DNA of 64,000 nucleotides from Flavobacterium sp. (GTDB taxonomy: Bacteria; Bacteroidota; Bacteroidia; Flavobacteriales; Flavobacteriaceae). Each line of letters opens with the position of its first letter. Positions within the stretch are counted from its first letter, which is position 1. The notes under the pieces were generated by a model that did no database searches, had not been told where the DNA came from, and worked only from the letters and a program-made list of their open reading frames with translations. Location: NCBI GenBank assembly GCA_016787805.1, contig JAEUTY010000046.1, positions 30,016 through 94,015 of the forward strand. The letters are read 5' to 3'. A program made the position numbers and the translations under genes. Shown here one piece after another: positions 39,128 to 48,977 of this stretch.

Positions 39128-39874
39128 CTATTTTTTTTTGCCTATTACTTCTAAATAACTAGCCGACAGTTCACCAATAATATAAATAGTTAAATTTTTA
39201 TTCTTGCTTTTCACCGCTTTTTCTAAATGCACATTTTCTGCCAAATAAAACTGAAAACCTTTGACATAATCAGGTGGAATATTGAACTTTTCAATGTAAA
39301 ATTGATTATCAAACCACTCGTTGAGTTTTTTAATCGTGTATTCTTTTTTCTCAACTTTGACCTCTTTTTTTAGCATAGAAGTACGACCTGAAATAGAATT
39401 CAAAATTGCATCAAAAGAAACCTGCGTGTTCAAACCATAAGTGTTGCCTGCTCCTGTTGCTGTGTATAATCGCCTTTCGGCTGGTGTATATTTTTTGGCC
39501 GGTTTTGATAAAATTCCCAAATCAACGGCATTAATATTTTTGAATTCGTTGATTTTTACTTCTTTTAAATCGTAATTGGCCAATTCCATATCAACAAAGA
39601 GCAATTCTGATTTCATATCAGAGGAAGTAATTATTATTTTCTTTCTTTTTAAATGCACTGCCGAGAATTGTATCGTATCATTCTCCAGCACATGAATTTT
39701 AAAATAGCCTCCATTTCCCGACATTACCGTTAAATTGGAACTAAGATTGGTAATATTAACACCTTCCAACTCATCTGAGTAAGCTCTTATTTTTCCAGAT
39801 AATTCTATTCGTTGCGAGGAACCCAGATAAAAGAAGAGCAAAAAAAACAACGTAAGAAAGTGTTTTGAAGACAT
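39128..39874 (-). CDS. Divergent paralogue of the preceding CarboxypepD_reg-like protein
   Basis: I took the start at MSSKHFLTLFF (39874). GKIRAYSDELEGVNITNL...GGYFKIHVLENDTIQFSAVHL has the same layout as its neighbour. The two genes are 3 nt apart. Confidence 0.5.
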   Translation of the reverse strand: MSSKHFLTLFFLLFFYLGSSQRIELSGKIRAYSDELEGVNITNLSSNLTVMSGNGGYFKIHVLENDTIQFSAVHLKRKKIIITSSDMKSELLFVDMELANYDLKEVKINEFKNINAVDLGILSKPAKKYTPAERRLYTATGAGNTYGLNTQVSFDAILNSISGRTSMLKKEVKVEKKEYTIKKLNEWFDNQFYIEKFNIPPDYVKGFQFYLAENVHLEKAVKSKNKNLTIYIIGELSASYLEVIGKKK

Positions 39875-39974
39875 AAAATCTTGATAATAGTTTGGTAAAA
39901 ATACTAAAAAGACTTCCAAATATTAAGCCAAGTAAAATCTAATTAAATGTTAATTTATAATCCAATTTAGTTTG

Positions 39975-39982
39975 TAGCTTTG
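39975..39982 (+). promoter_or_regulatory. -7 promoter box (TAGCTTTG) for pepE
   Basis: TAnnTTTG match 22 nt upstream of the ATG at 40004. Confidence 0.4.
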
Positions 39983-40003
39983 TAAAAAATCAATCATTTT
40001 AAA

Positions 40004-40711
40004 ATGAAAAATTTAATTATCGCAAGTACCTCAACAGTATATAATGGTGGATATTTAGAGTATTTGCTTGACGAGTTAAAAGTACTCTTTGCTGATTGCA
40101 AAAGCATTGTTTTTATTCCGTATGCTCGCCCAGGCGGATTGAGCCATGATGACTATACAACCAAAGTGAGAAGTGTTTTCACAAAACTAAACATCGAAGT
40201 TAAAGGCCTACACGAATTTGACAATCCAAAAGAAGCAATCGAAAAAGCAGAAGGACTATTTACGGGTGGTGGCAATACTTTTTTGTTGGTCACTCAATTG
40301 TACGAAAATGATGTAATGAGCACTTTATCTGAAGTGATTGCTAAAGGAACGCCTTATCTAGGAACGAGTGCTGGAAGTAATATTACTGGAGTTTCAATGC
40401 AAACTACCAATGATATGCCGATTATTTATCCGCCAAGTTTTAATACAATTGGAGCCATTCCGTTCAATTTGAATCCGCATTATTTGGACCCAGATGCCAA
40501 TAGTCAACACATGGGTGAAACACGAGAAACGCGAATCAAAGAATTCCACGCATTCAACTCAACAGCAGTTTTGGGTTTACGCGAAGGAAGTTGGCTGAGA
40601 GTCAAAGGCAATGAAATCGTATTGAAAGGAGATTTAACAGCGCGATTGTTCCAGCAAAATGAAAGCCCGATTGAAGTTGAATCAGGCACTGATTTGAGTT
40701 TTTTGAAATAA
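40004..40711 (+). CDS. pepE: Dipeptidase E (S51 family)
   Basis: 235 aa with the nucleophile motif GTSAGSNI and a GGGNTF motif. Confidence 0.85.
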   Translation: MKNLIIASTSTVYNGGYLEYLLDELKVLFADCKSIVFIPYARPGGLSHDDYTTKVRSVFTKLNIEVKGLHEFDNPKEAIEKAEGLFTGGGNTFLLVTQLYENDVMSTLSEVIAKGTPYLGTSAGSNITGVSMQTTNDMPIIYPPSFNTIGAIPFNLNPHYLDPDANSQHMGETRETRIKEFHAFNSTAVLGLREGSWLRVKGNEIVLKGDLTARLFQQNESPIEVESGTDLSFLK

Positions 40712-40720
40712 AATTTATTT

Positions 40721-40982
40721 CAGTGCGGAAGTAAACTTCTCGCCTTAAGTAAATAAAAAAACCTCTAACGTTAATTAGAGGCTTTTGTTTTCAGAGCGGA
40801 AGACGAGGCTCCCCGATAGTTATCGGGATAAACTTCTCGCCTTAAGTAAACAAAAAACCTCTAACGTTAATTAGAGGCTTTTGTTTTCAGAGCGGAAGAC
40901 GAGGCTCCCCGATTTATCGGGATAAACTTCTCGCCTTAAGTAAACAAAAAAACCTCTAACGTTAATTAGAGGCTTTTGTTTT
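40721..40982 (-). repeat. Three tandem units (71, 96 and 95 nt), each a tRNA-Gly-derived acceptor mini-helix plus a terminator hairpin
   Basis: Units at 40721-40791, 40792-40887 and 40888-40982. Each repeats the tRNA 3' end (GAGCCTCGTCTTCCGCT in the two long units) and the hairpin AAGCCTCTAATTAACGTTAGAGGTTTTTT found directly after the real tRNA. Confidence 0.85.
40945..40982 (-). terminator. Rho-independent terminator immediately 3' of tRNA-Gly
   Basis: The minus strand has CCTCTAA-TTAACG-TTAGAGG followed by T7. The same hairpin recurs in each repeat unit. Confidence 0.7.
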
Positions 40983-40985
40983 CTG

Positions 40986-41058
<73 letters not shown>

Positions 41059-41074
41059 ATTTGTTTTGTGAGTG

Positions 41075-41082
41075 CAAATATA
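41075..41082 (-). promoter_or_regulatory. -7 promoter box (TATATTTG) for tRNA-Gly
   Basis: TAnnTTTG match on the minus strand, 16 nt upstream of the tRNA 5' end. Confidence 0.45.
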
Positions 41083-41205
41083 TAGTATTTGTTTTATTTG
41101 ATGCAAATTTTTTTCAGCAAAAATTTAATGTAGAAAATCTTTGACAACATTTTATTCACAAAAACAAGTAGTAATTCATTCGTTATCACTTATTTTACTC
41201 TCAAT

Positions 41206-41649
41206 ATGACAACCATAAAAAAAATTGATTACAAAGACACTTTTACCGTAAGGCATCCTGTTTTGAGAGCTGGAAGACCAATTGAAAGCTGTTTTTTTGA
41301 CGGAGACAACCTTGAAACAACCACTCATTTTGGCTTTTTTGTTGTTGATAAATTAATAGGCGTTATTTCGGTTTATCAAAATAAAAACCTTATTTTTAAT
41401 GCTGATAATCAGTTCCAAATTCGTGGAATGGCTGTTCTTCAAGAAGAGCAAACTCAGGGTTGTGGAAAACAGCTTCTCGAAAGAGCTGAAGCCGATTGCA
41501 GAGCAAAGAATGCAGAGATCATTTGGTTCAATGCGCGTGAAAAAGCGGTTGGTTTTTATCAAAAGTCGGGATACCAAATTATTGGGAATCCTTTTGAAAT
41601 TGCTGGGATTGGAACACATTATATAATGTATAAAAAAATCGGGCAATAG
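41206..41649 (+). CDS. GNAT-family N-acetyltransferase
   Basis: 147 aa with the acetyl-CoA motif QTQGCGKQLL and a C-terminal FYQKSGY. Confidence 0.85.
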   Translation: MTTIKKIDYKDTFTVRHPVLRAGRPIESCFFDGDNLETTTHFGFFVVDKLIGVISVYQNKNLIFNADNQFQIRGMAVLQEEQTQGCGKQLLERAEADCRAKNAEIIWFNAREKAVGFYQKSGYQIIGNPFEIAGIGTHYIMYKKIGQ

Positions 41650-41652
41650 CCT

Positions 41653-43248
41653 ATGGGAAAAAAATACGTTTTAATTTTATTTATCGTTTTTACCTCTTGC
41701 CAGGAACATTCTAAGTTAAGTTTTACTGAAAATGCTTCCTTTAGTGAATTATTTTCATTTTTTAGAGACGATAAAATCAAAATCGACTCCACTTTAATCA
41801 ATTCTTACAACGACACTATCTTAAAAGCTATCTACAAAAAAAACAATTTTGAAGTGCTTTGGGATGCTCAAGAAAATCGCAGTTCAGCTTTGACTGCATT
41901 AGCAAAATCTCACGAAGACGGACTCGTACCATCGGATTATTATGTTGATTATTTATCAAAATTAGAAACCCAATTCGACAGCCTTTCAGAACCTCAAAAA
42001 ATAAAATACGACATCGAACTTACTCGAAGTATTCAAAAGTTCATTCGCCATATTAACGTTGGTAAAGTAAATCCGTATGAACTATATGATGATTGGGATT
42101 TGGGTAAAAAAAACATTGATATCAATCAATTGCTTTCGGAATGTATTGTAGAAAAAAGTTTTGAAGAAAAATTTGAAAAACTGAGACCTCAAATTAAAGT
42201 ATACCAACAACTTAAAGAAGCTTTAAAAAAACTCCATGAATTTCCTGATAAAAACATTGATCAAATCGATCCAAAAGAGAAATTTACACTCAAAACTTCT
42301 TCAAAATCAATAATCAATATCAAACGAAAATTGATATATTGGGGCGATTTGAAACGCAAAGATTCGGCACTTACAAAAGTGTATGATAAAGAAACCCAAG
42401 CCGCCGTCAAACATTTTCAAAAACGCCACGGATTACGTGCTGATGGCGTAATTGGCAAAGGTACAATTGAAGCACTAAATTATTCTCGAAACCAACGAAT
42501 AGAGCAAGTTATTGTCAATTTAGAACGCTTACGTTGGTTGCCAAATAATTTAGGAAACCACTACATTTTGGTGAATTTACCCAATTATTATTTGACCGTT
42601 TACAAAGACAATGACAGCATTTTGTCGCATAAAGTTGTGGTTGGAAAAGACACACGCAAAACACCATTACTTTCTTCCAAATTAACTAATATTGTTTTGA
42701 ATCCGAATTGGACCGTTCCTCCGACCATTTTAAAAGAAGATGTTTTTCCAGAAGCGATAAGAAGTCGCAGTGCTTTTAGCCGAAGAGGTTTGCATATTTT
42801 AGACTCCAGAAATCGTGAAGTTAGTCCATGGAAATGGAAAATGGAAGACGCAAAAAGATACAAATACGTTCAAAATCCAAGTAAAAACAACTCGTTAGGA
42901 TTTATGAAAATCAATTTCAACAACAAATATGCCGTCTATCTTCACGATACGAATCACCGTAATTACTTTAAATACGATTACCGCGCCTTGAGTTCGGGTT
43001 GTGTTCGGGTTGAAAACCCGCTTGAATTGGGAAAATACTTATTGAATGATGAAGAAAATTGGAGTATGGAAAAAATTGAGGAAGCAACCAAAAACGCCAA
43101 AAAACTCAAAACAACTAGCATCGATTTAGAAGAAGACATTTATGTTCATTTTCTTTACAATACCGCTTGGATTGAAAACAATGTGCTTCAATTCAGAGAA
43201 GATATTTACTGTTTGGATGCCGATTTGTATTCTAAATTGCGATATTAA
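41653..43248 (+). CDS. L,D-transpeptidase (YcbB-like: peptidoglycan-binding domain plus YkuD catalytic domain)
   Basis: 531 aa with a PG_binding_1-like segment (AVKHFQKRHGLRADGVIGKGT) and the catalytic motif LHDTNHRNYFKYDYRALSSGCVRV. Confidence 0.85.
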   Translation: MGKKYVLILFIVFTSCQEHSKLSFTENASFSELFSFFRDDKIKIDSTLINSYNDTILKAIYKKNNFEVLWDAQENRSSALTALAKSHEDGLVPSDYYVDYLSKLETQFDSLSEPQKIKYDIELTRSIQKFIRHINVGKVNPYELYDDWDLGKKNIDINQLLSECIVEKSFEEKFEKLRPQIKVYQQLKEALKKLHEFPDKNIDQIDPKEKFTLKTSSKSIINIKRKLIYWGDLKRKDSALTKVYDKETQAAVKHFQKRHGLRADGVIGKGTIEALNYSRNQRIEQVIVNLERLRWLPNNLGNHYILVNLPNYYLTVYKDNDSILSHKVVVGKDTRKTPLLSSKLTNIVLNPNWTVPPTILKEDVFPEAIRSRSAFSRRGLHILDSRNREVSPWKWKMEDAKRYKYVQNPSKNNSLGFMKINFNNKYAVYLHDTNHRNYFKYDYRALSSGCVRVENPLELGKYLLNDEENWSMEKIEEATKNAKKLKTTSIDLEEDIYVHFLYNTAWIENNVLQFREDIYCLDADLYSKLRY

Positions 43249-43945
43249 TTGAGGTATTTGAGCGGTGGTGAATGTACAAACACGACTTATTTTTGATGGT
43301 ATTGACAATTTTCTGCGTTAATTCAATTGGCAAAGCCGGGCAACCAAAACTTCTTCCCAATCGTTGATGCGTTTTTATAAAACTGGGCGAAACATATTCG
43401 GCGCCATGCATTACAATTGCTCTATTGCGAGCATTATCGTTTTTGTTTTTTTCCAAACCATCCAATCGCAATGACAATCCGTGTGTTCCTATGTACGTTT
43501 CATTTGTTATATAAAAACCCAAACTGCTCTTGTAGGATTCATTTTCGTTTGAAAAATCAGCAGCATTCAAATCGCCCGAATTTTTTCCGTGTGCAACCAA
43601 AGAATGGAAAAGTATTTCGTTTTTATTCATATCAATTACCCAAAGTCTTTTTTGTGTAGAAGGCAAATCAAAATCAACAATCGTCAAAATTGGGTTTTGG
43701 ATGATTCCTTTTTCTTTCAAAATCGAAAAACCATCAATTGCTTTGGAAAATGAGGTGAAATTGGGCAAGGAAAAACCATTTTTTTGAATTGACACATACA
43801 ATTCTGACTTCTCATCATCAATTGAATGATTAATAAGAATTTCCTTATGACTTATACTGTTCTCTTCAACAACGGTTTGACTCTCTTTTTTAACCACAAA
43901 GGAACTCAAACCAATTATTGCGGTCATCAATAATCGATTGAACAT
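43232..43945 (-). CDS. L,D-transpeptidase catalytic-domain family protein (YkuD_2-like)
   Basis: 237 aa with a signal/anchor and the motif VMHGAEYVSPSFIKTHQRLGRSFGCPALP (His ... Ser-x-Gly-Cys). Confidence 0.7.
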   Translation of the reverse strand: MFNRLLMTAIIGLSSFVVKKESQTVVEENSISHKEILINHSIDDEKSELYVSIQKNGFSLPNFTSFSKAIDGFSILKEKGIIQNPILTIVDFDLPSTQKRLWVIDMNKNEILFHSLVAHGKNSGDLNAADFSNENESYKSSLGFYITNETYIGTHGLSLRLDGLEKNKNDNARNRAIVMHGAEYVSPSFIKTHQRLGRSFGCPALPIELTQKIVNTIKNKSCLYIHHRSNTSINIAI

Positions 43946-44149
43946 AAAAAGCAGGTTATGTTTATACTAAATTTGGGATTACAAACATAAAAAACGATTT
44001 GATTAAAAAAAACAAAAAATCAATTTTTTATCGATAAATTACCTTTTTAATCGATTAAATACATTTTTTAATTTTTTATATAATTTTTTTCTTACTTTTG
44101 TACTTTGAATAATTGAATGTTAAAATAAAAATCATTTCAATTTTATATT

Positions 44150-44157
44150 TATATTTG
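44150..44157 (+). promoter_or_regulatory. -7 promoter box (TATATTTG) for the 807-aa gene
   Basis: TAnnTTTG match 20 nt upstream of the ATG at 44178, in a very AT-rich 232-nt divergent region. Confidence 0.4.
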
Positions 44158-44177
44158 TTAAACCAAGTCCGAACTAA

Positions 44178-46601
44178 ATGAGCCATAAAAATAGTGTAGC
44201 AATTGTATTATTCACGTTGATGAATCTACTCTGTTATTCCCAAAACCCTAAGAAAACGCTACATACTCAATTCACTACTGAAAAAATAACTATCGACGGA
44301 AAACTCACTGAAGAAATATGGAAAAGCGCTGAAATTGCTACCAATTTTGTCATGATTGAGCCTGATAATGGTAAAGAAGAAACTCCCGAGCGAAAAACGG
44401 AGGTGAAATTGGTTTACGATAATGATGCTATATACATTGCTGCCATTTTATACGACAACGAACCCAACAAAATCCCAAAAGAATTAACCATTCGCGATGA
44501 TTTTGCCACATCCGATCATTTTGGTGTTTTTATCAATGGTTTTAATGATGGTCAACAAGAATTTCGCTTTTTTGTTAGTGCGGCTGGTGTTCAATGCGAC
44601 GCTTTATATACTGAAGAAAATGACGAAGATGCTTCTTGGAATGCAATTTGGGATAGTCATGTTCATATAACCGATTTGGGTTGGATTGTTGAAATGAAGA
44701 TTCCGTATGCTGCTTTGCGTTTTTCGTCAGAAAAAAAACAGACTTGGGGAATTAATTTTTACCGCGAAGTACGCAATTTAAGGCAAAAATATTCTTGGAA
44801 TTTGTGGGACAACAAAATCAATTCACAAGCCAATCAAGCCGGAATTTTAGAGGGAATTGAAAACATCAAAACACCTACTCGACTCTTTTTGATCCCGTAT
44901 TCCTCTTTTTATTTGAATGCCAACGACCAACAAAAAACAAAAGGAGAAATTAAAGGTGGTTTGGACATCAAATACGGTGTCAACGATGCTTTTACTTTAG
45001 ATGCTATTTTGGTTCCCGATTTTGGTCAAGCTGCCTTTGACAAAGTAGAACTAAACCTTGGACCATTTGAACAACAATTCAACGAAAACCGCCCATTTTT
45101 TACCGAAGGAACCGAGCTTTTTAGCAAAGGTAATTTGCTCTATTCTAGAAGAATTGGTGGAAACGCATCTTATGAATTGAAAGAGGAGGAAGAATATGTA
45201 GAAAATCCTGAAAAAGTAAGCCTATTAAACGCTTTAAAAATATCTGGAAGAACGAAAAGAGGATTAGGTATTGGAGTTTTAAACGCTGTTACAGAAAGAA
45301 CAACAGCAGATATTCGAAACGTAAACACCAATGAAGTTCGATCTGAAGTTATTGAACCTTTGGCCAATTATAATGTATTTGTTTTAGACCAACGTTTCAG
45401 AAAAAACTCCTCCGTTTCTTTAGTCAATACTAATGTAACTCGAAATGGCGAATTCAGAGATGCCAACGTGGCTGCTTTGGTTTTCGACTTAAACACCAAA
45501 AAAAACACCTACAATTTATCGGGTGATTACAAATACAGTTACATCAACGAATACAAAGACAATCCGAATAGAACGGGTTATAACACCTCGTTGAATTTTG
45601 CTGAAACCAGCGGGAAATACCGTTTTGGGTTGGGCGGTCAATACGTTTCAACCAATTGGGATAATAATGATTTAGGAATCAATTTTCAAACCCATTATCA
45701 CACGTTGTATTTTAATCACAGTTATCGCATTTTAAAACCTACTAAAAAACTAAACAGTTTTAATGTAAACAATAATTATTATTCTGAATTTGACAATCGA
45801 ACTGGTCGTTTGCAAGGGTTTAACAGTAATTTAAACTTTAATTTTGTTTCAAAAAAGAACGATTATTATGGCTTTGGTGCCAATGGAAGTTTTTTTGAAA
45901 TCTACGATTTTTACGAACCTCGTTCAAATAACGAGCAAATGTTTTTGACTGTGCCCAAAAGAATCAATCCATGGATTTTTATCTCCACCAATTACAATCG
46001 AAAATTTGCATTAGATTTAAATGTTTATGCCTCATTTTTTGATAATGACAATCGCTATAACAGAGGCGTTTTTATAAGTCCTAGATTTCGTTTTACCAAC
46101 AAGTTTGCTTTAATATATGAATTTAATTACGACTTCTTGAACAATAATTTAGGTTATGTAGACCAAGATGATATGCTCAACGAAATTTATATTGGAAAGC
46201 GAGATCGAACCATTATTACAAATGCATTATCAGGAAAATATACCGTAAATAATGTGATGAATTTCAATTTGTCGATTCGTCATTATTGGTCGTATGCACT
46301 TTACGATAGTTTTTTTACTTTACAAAACGACGGAAATTTGTTGTTAAATCCATCTTACACTACCAATAATGATGAGAATTTCAACACTTGGAATTTGGAT
46401 TTGTCTTATTCTTGGTGGTTTGCTCCTGGAAGTCAGATTTCTGTTTTGTACCGAAACAACGCTTTAACTGATGCTTCTGGCTCTGTTATTGACAAAGATT
46501 TTGGTTCAAACATCAATAACTTAATTAATAATAAAAATTTAGACCATATCTTTTCCATAAGCATTCGCTACTTCATTGACTACAATTCCTTGAAAAGATA
46601 A
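44178..46601 (+). CDS. Large exported protein with an N-terminal CBM9-like domain and a C-terminal beta-barrel-like region (DUF5916-type)
   Basis: 807 aa with a signal peptide. The N-terminal KITIDGKLTEEIWKSAE pattern is typical of CBM9-like modules. The family name is from memory. Confidence 0.55.
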   Translation: MSHKNSVAIVLFTLMNLLCYSQNPKKTLHTQFTTEKITIDGKLTEEIWKSAEIATNFVMIEPDNGKEETPERKTEVKLVYDNDAIYIAAILYDNEPNKIPKELTIRDDFATSDHFGVFINGFNDGQQEFRFFVSAAGVQCDALYTEENDEDASWNAIWDSHVHITDLGWIVEMKIPYAALRFSSEKKQTWGINFYREVRNLRQKYSWNLWDNKINSQANQAGILEGIENIKTPTRLFLIPYSSFYLNANDQQKTKGEIKGGLDIKYGVNDAFTLDAILVPDFGQAAFDKVELNLGPFEQQFNENRPFFTEGTELFSKGNLLYSRRIGGNASYELKEEEEYVENPEKVSLLNALKISGRTKRGLGIGVLNAVTERTTADIRNVNTNEVRSEVIEPLANYNVFVLDQRFRKNSSVSLVNTNVTRNGEFRDANVAALVFDLNTKKNTYNLSGDYKYSYINEYKDNPNRTGYNTSLNFAETSGKYRFGLGGQYVSTNWDNNDLGINFQTHYHTLYFNHSYRILKPTKKLNSFNVNNNYYSEFDNRTGRLQGFNSNLNFNFVSKKNDYYGFGANGSFFEIYDFYEPRSNNEQMFLTVPKRINPWIFISTNYNRKFALDLNVYASFFDNDNRYNRGVFISPRFRFTNKFALIYEFNYDFLNNNLGYVDQDDMLNEIYIGKRDRTIITNALSGKYTVNNVMNFNLSIRHYWSYALYDSFFTLQNDGNLLLNPSYTTNNDENFNTWNLDLSYSWWFAPGSQISVLYRNNALTDASGSVIDKDFGSNINNLINNKNLDHIFSISIRYFIDYNSLKR

Positions 46602-46665
46602 CGATTTCGTTAGTATTTTTTATAAAAACAAACTCATTTTGAACCTTAAAAAATTCAAAATGAAT

Positions 46666-46673
46666 TACCTTTG
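46666..46673 (+). promoter_or_regulatory. -7 promoter box (TACCTTTG) for gpmI
   Basis: TAnnTTTG match 17 nt upstream of the ATG at 46691. Confidence 0.4.
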
Positions 46674-46690
46674 TTTTAAAATCAAATCTG

Positions 46691-48208
46691 ATGAATAAAA
46701 AAGTAATTTTAATGATTTTGGACGGTTGGGGAAAATCGCCTGATCCAAAAGTTTCTGCTATCGACAACGCAAATGTTCCTTTTATAAATAGTTTATACAC
46801 CAAATATCCAAACGCTCAATTACGCACTGACGGCTTGAATGTAGGTTTACCTGAAGGTCAAATGGGCAACTCCGAAGTGGGTCACATGAACCTTGGCGCT
46901 GGCCGAATTGTGTACCAAGATTTGGCTAAAATCAATTTGGCCGTTCAAAACAAAACCATGAACCAAGAAAAACCATTGTTAGACGCTTTTCAATATGCTA
47001 AAGACAACCACAAAAAAGTGCATTTTTTAGGATTGGTTTCCAATGGTGGTGTTCATTCGCATACATCGCATTTGTATGGTTTGTTGGATGCTGCAAACGA
47101 TTTTGGTTTGGAAAAAGTATTCGTTCACGCATTTACAGACGGACGTGACGTAGACCCAAAATCGGCCATTACTGACATTCAAAATTTGGAAAATTACATT
47201 CAAAATTCCAAAGCTAAAATAGCAAGTTTAATAGGTCGTTATTACGCTATGGATCGTGACAAGCGTTGGGAAAGAGTGAAATTGGCCTATGATTTGGTGG
47301 TAAACGCTCAAGGCGAACATTCTAGTAACATTATTGAGAGCATTCAAAAAAGTTATGCTAATGACGTAACTGACGAATTCATCCAGCCAATTGTAATGGT
47401 CGATTCAAATGATCTCCCAATTGCAACCATCGAAGAAAACGACGTGGTGATTTTCTTTAATTTTCGAACCGATCGTGGCCGCGAATTGACCGAAGCTTTA
47501 TCGCAAAAAGACTTCCACGAATTCAATATGCATAAAATGAATTTGTACTATGTAACAATGACCAACTACGATGACACCTATCAAAATGTACACGTCATTT
47601 ACGACAAAGACAACATTACTGAAACTCTAGGAGAAGTACTTGAAAAACATGGAAAAACCCAAATACGAATTGCTGAAACTGAAAAATATCCACACGTGAC
47701 TTTCTTCTTTTCAGGTGGAAGAGAAATTCCGTTTGAAGGTGAAACCCGAATTTTACGCAATTCACCCAAAGTAGCCACTTACGATTTACAACCCGAAATG
47801 AGCGCTTACGAATTAAAAGACGCTTTGGTTCCTGAACTCAACAAAGGTCAAGTTGATTTTGTGTGTTTGAATTTTGCCAATGGTGATATGGTTGGACATA
47901 CTGGCGTAATGGAGGCCGCAATCAAAGCTTGTGAAGCAGTTGATGCTTGCGTAAAAGAAGTCATTGAAACCGCTTTAGCCAACAACTACACCACGCTAAT
48001 CATTGCTGATCACGGAAATTGCGAAACCATGATCAATCCTGATGGTTCGCCCAATACCGCACACACTACCAATCCAGTTCCAATTATTTTGGTTGATCCT
48101 GAATTGAAAAACATCAACAATGGCGTTCTAGGCGACATTGCTCCAACCATTTTGGAATTAATGGGAATTGAACAACCAGCAGTTATGACTTGTCATTCAT
48201 TGCTATAA
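46691..48208 (+). CDS. gpmI: 2,3-bisphosphoglycerate-independent phosphoglycerate mutase
   Basis: 505 aa with MILDGWG...GNSEVGHMNLGAGR and the C-terminal ADHGN motif. Confidence 0.92.
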   Translation: MNKKVILMILDGWGKSPDPKVSAIDNANVPFINSLYTKYPNAQLRTDGLNVGLPEGQMGNSEVGHMNLGAGRIVYQDLAKINLAVQNKTMNQEKPLLDAFQYAKDNHKKVHFLGLVSNGGVHSHTSHLYGLLDAANDFGLEKVFVHAFTDGRDVDPKSAITDIQNLENYIQNSKAKIASLIGRYYAMDRDKRWERVKLAYDLVVNAQGEHSSNIIESIQKSYANDVTDEFIQPIVMVDSNDLPIATIEENDVVIFFNFRTDRGRELTEALSQKDFHEFNMHKMNLYYVTMTNYDDTYQNVHVIYDKDNITETLGEVLEKHGKTQIRIAETEKYPHVTFFFSGGREIPFEGETRILRNSPKVATYDLQPEMSAYELKDALVPELNKGQVDFVCLNFANGDMVGHTGVMEAAIKACEAVDACVKEVIETALANNYTTLIIADHGNCETMINPDGSPNTAHTTNPVPIILVDPELKNINNGVLGDIAPTILELMGIEQPAVMTCHSLL

Positions 48209-48216
48209 ACTTTACT

Positions 48217-48837
48217 ATGACAGACAAAAACTATTTGCATAATTTGAGAATTCCGACCGAAGAAAATCCGTTACGCATTTTGACAAGCGCTTGTCTAATC
48301 GGAACAGCTTGTGGTGTAAACGGAACTAGTTACGGTGATTATCCTAGTGTATTGAAATTATTAAATTATCCAAATTGTAAACTAACACCCTTTTGCCCTG
48401 AGCATTTTTCGTTTGGAACGCCACGCGAAATGTGTGATATTTATGGAGGCGATGGATTTGATGTACTTGAAGGAAAAGTAAAAGTCATCACCGAATCAGG
48501 CATCGATTGGACTGAAGGCATGATAAAAGCATCTGAAAAAATGCTAGCAGTAGCGCAAGAAGCCAATATTGAATTAGCCGTAATGATGGATGTTAGCGCT
48601 GCTTGTGGAAGTCAAGTTATTTACAACGGCAATCGTTTTGCACCAATTCCAGTTCACCAAATCGGAATGGGTGTTTGCGCTGCTCAACTCACTTTAAACG
48701 GATTTAAGGTCATCAGCCAACGTGATTTTGAATCTTTAGAAATTTTATATTCTAAACTTGATTCCAATCATATTATTGATTCAACGGCCAAGGACCATGA
48801 CCAAAATGAATGGGTTTTGAATTACTTCAAAAAATAA
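48217..48837 (+). CDS. DUF523-family protein (2-thiouracil desulfurase-like Cys-rich protein)
   Basis: I took the start at MTDKNYL (48217). SACLIGTACGVNG...FCPE...SAACGS matches the DUF523 Cys pattern as I recall it. Confidence 0.65.
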   Translation: MTDKNYLHNLRIPTEENPLRILTSACLIGTACGVNGTSYGDYPSVLKLLNYPNCKLTPFCPEHFSFGTPREMCDIYGGDGFDVLEGKVKVITESGIDWTEGMIKASEKMLAVAQEANIELAVMMDVSAACGSQVIYNGNRFAPIPVHQIGMGVCAAQLTLNGFKVISQRDFESLEILYSKLDSNHIIDSTAKDHDQNEWVLNYFKK

Positions 48838-48860
48838 AATCCAAAATATTAAAACACAAA

Positions 48861-48887
48861 AGCTTCTCTAACGAGAGGCTTTTTTTA
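48861..48887 (+). terminator. Rho-independent terminator after the DUF523 gene
   Basis: AGCTTCTC-TAAC-GAGAGGCT followed by T7. Confidence 0.7.
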
Positions 48888-48927
48888 TAAATAAAAGTTA
48901 AAATTTCATTTTTAATAGTATTACTAT

Positions 48928-48935
48928 TATATTTG
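48928..48935 (+). promoter_or_regulatory. -7 promoter box (TATATTTG) heading the LRR-TerC-TetR-ABC-HlyD-TolC array
   Basis: TAnnTTTG match 42 nt upstream of the ATG at 48978. The track's TTG start at 48933 lies inside the box and is unlikely to be real. Confidence 0.4.
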
Positions 48936-48977
48936 CATAAAATAATATCAATTTTGCAATTGATTAAAAAAGTAATT

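Noticed and set aside
40721-40982. Possible CRISPR array next to the tRNA
   Set aside because: The ~95-nt units are repeated in full with no unique spacers between them. The repeats are tRNA-derived and contain terminator hairpins. No cas genes are present.
43946-44177. Repeated ATCGAT(A/T)AAAT words in the very AT-rich divergent region upstream of the 807-aa gene
   Set aside because: There are only two or three loose copies in extremely AT-rich sequence, so this is indistinguishable from chance by eye. I noted it but do not claim a binding site.
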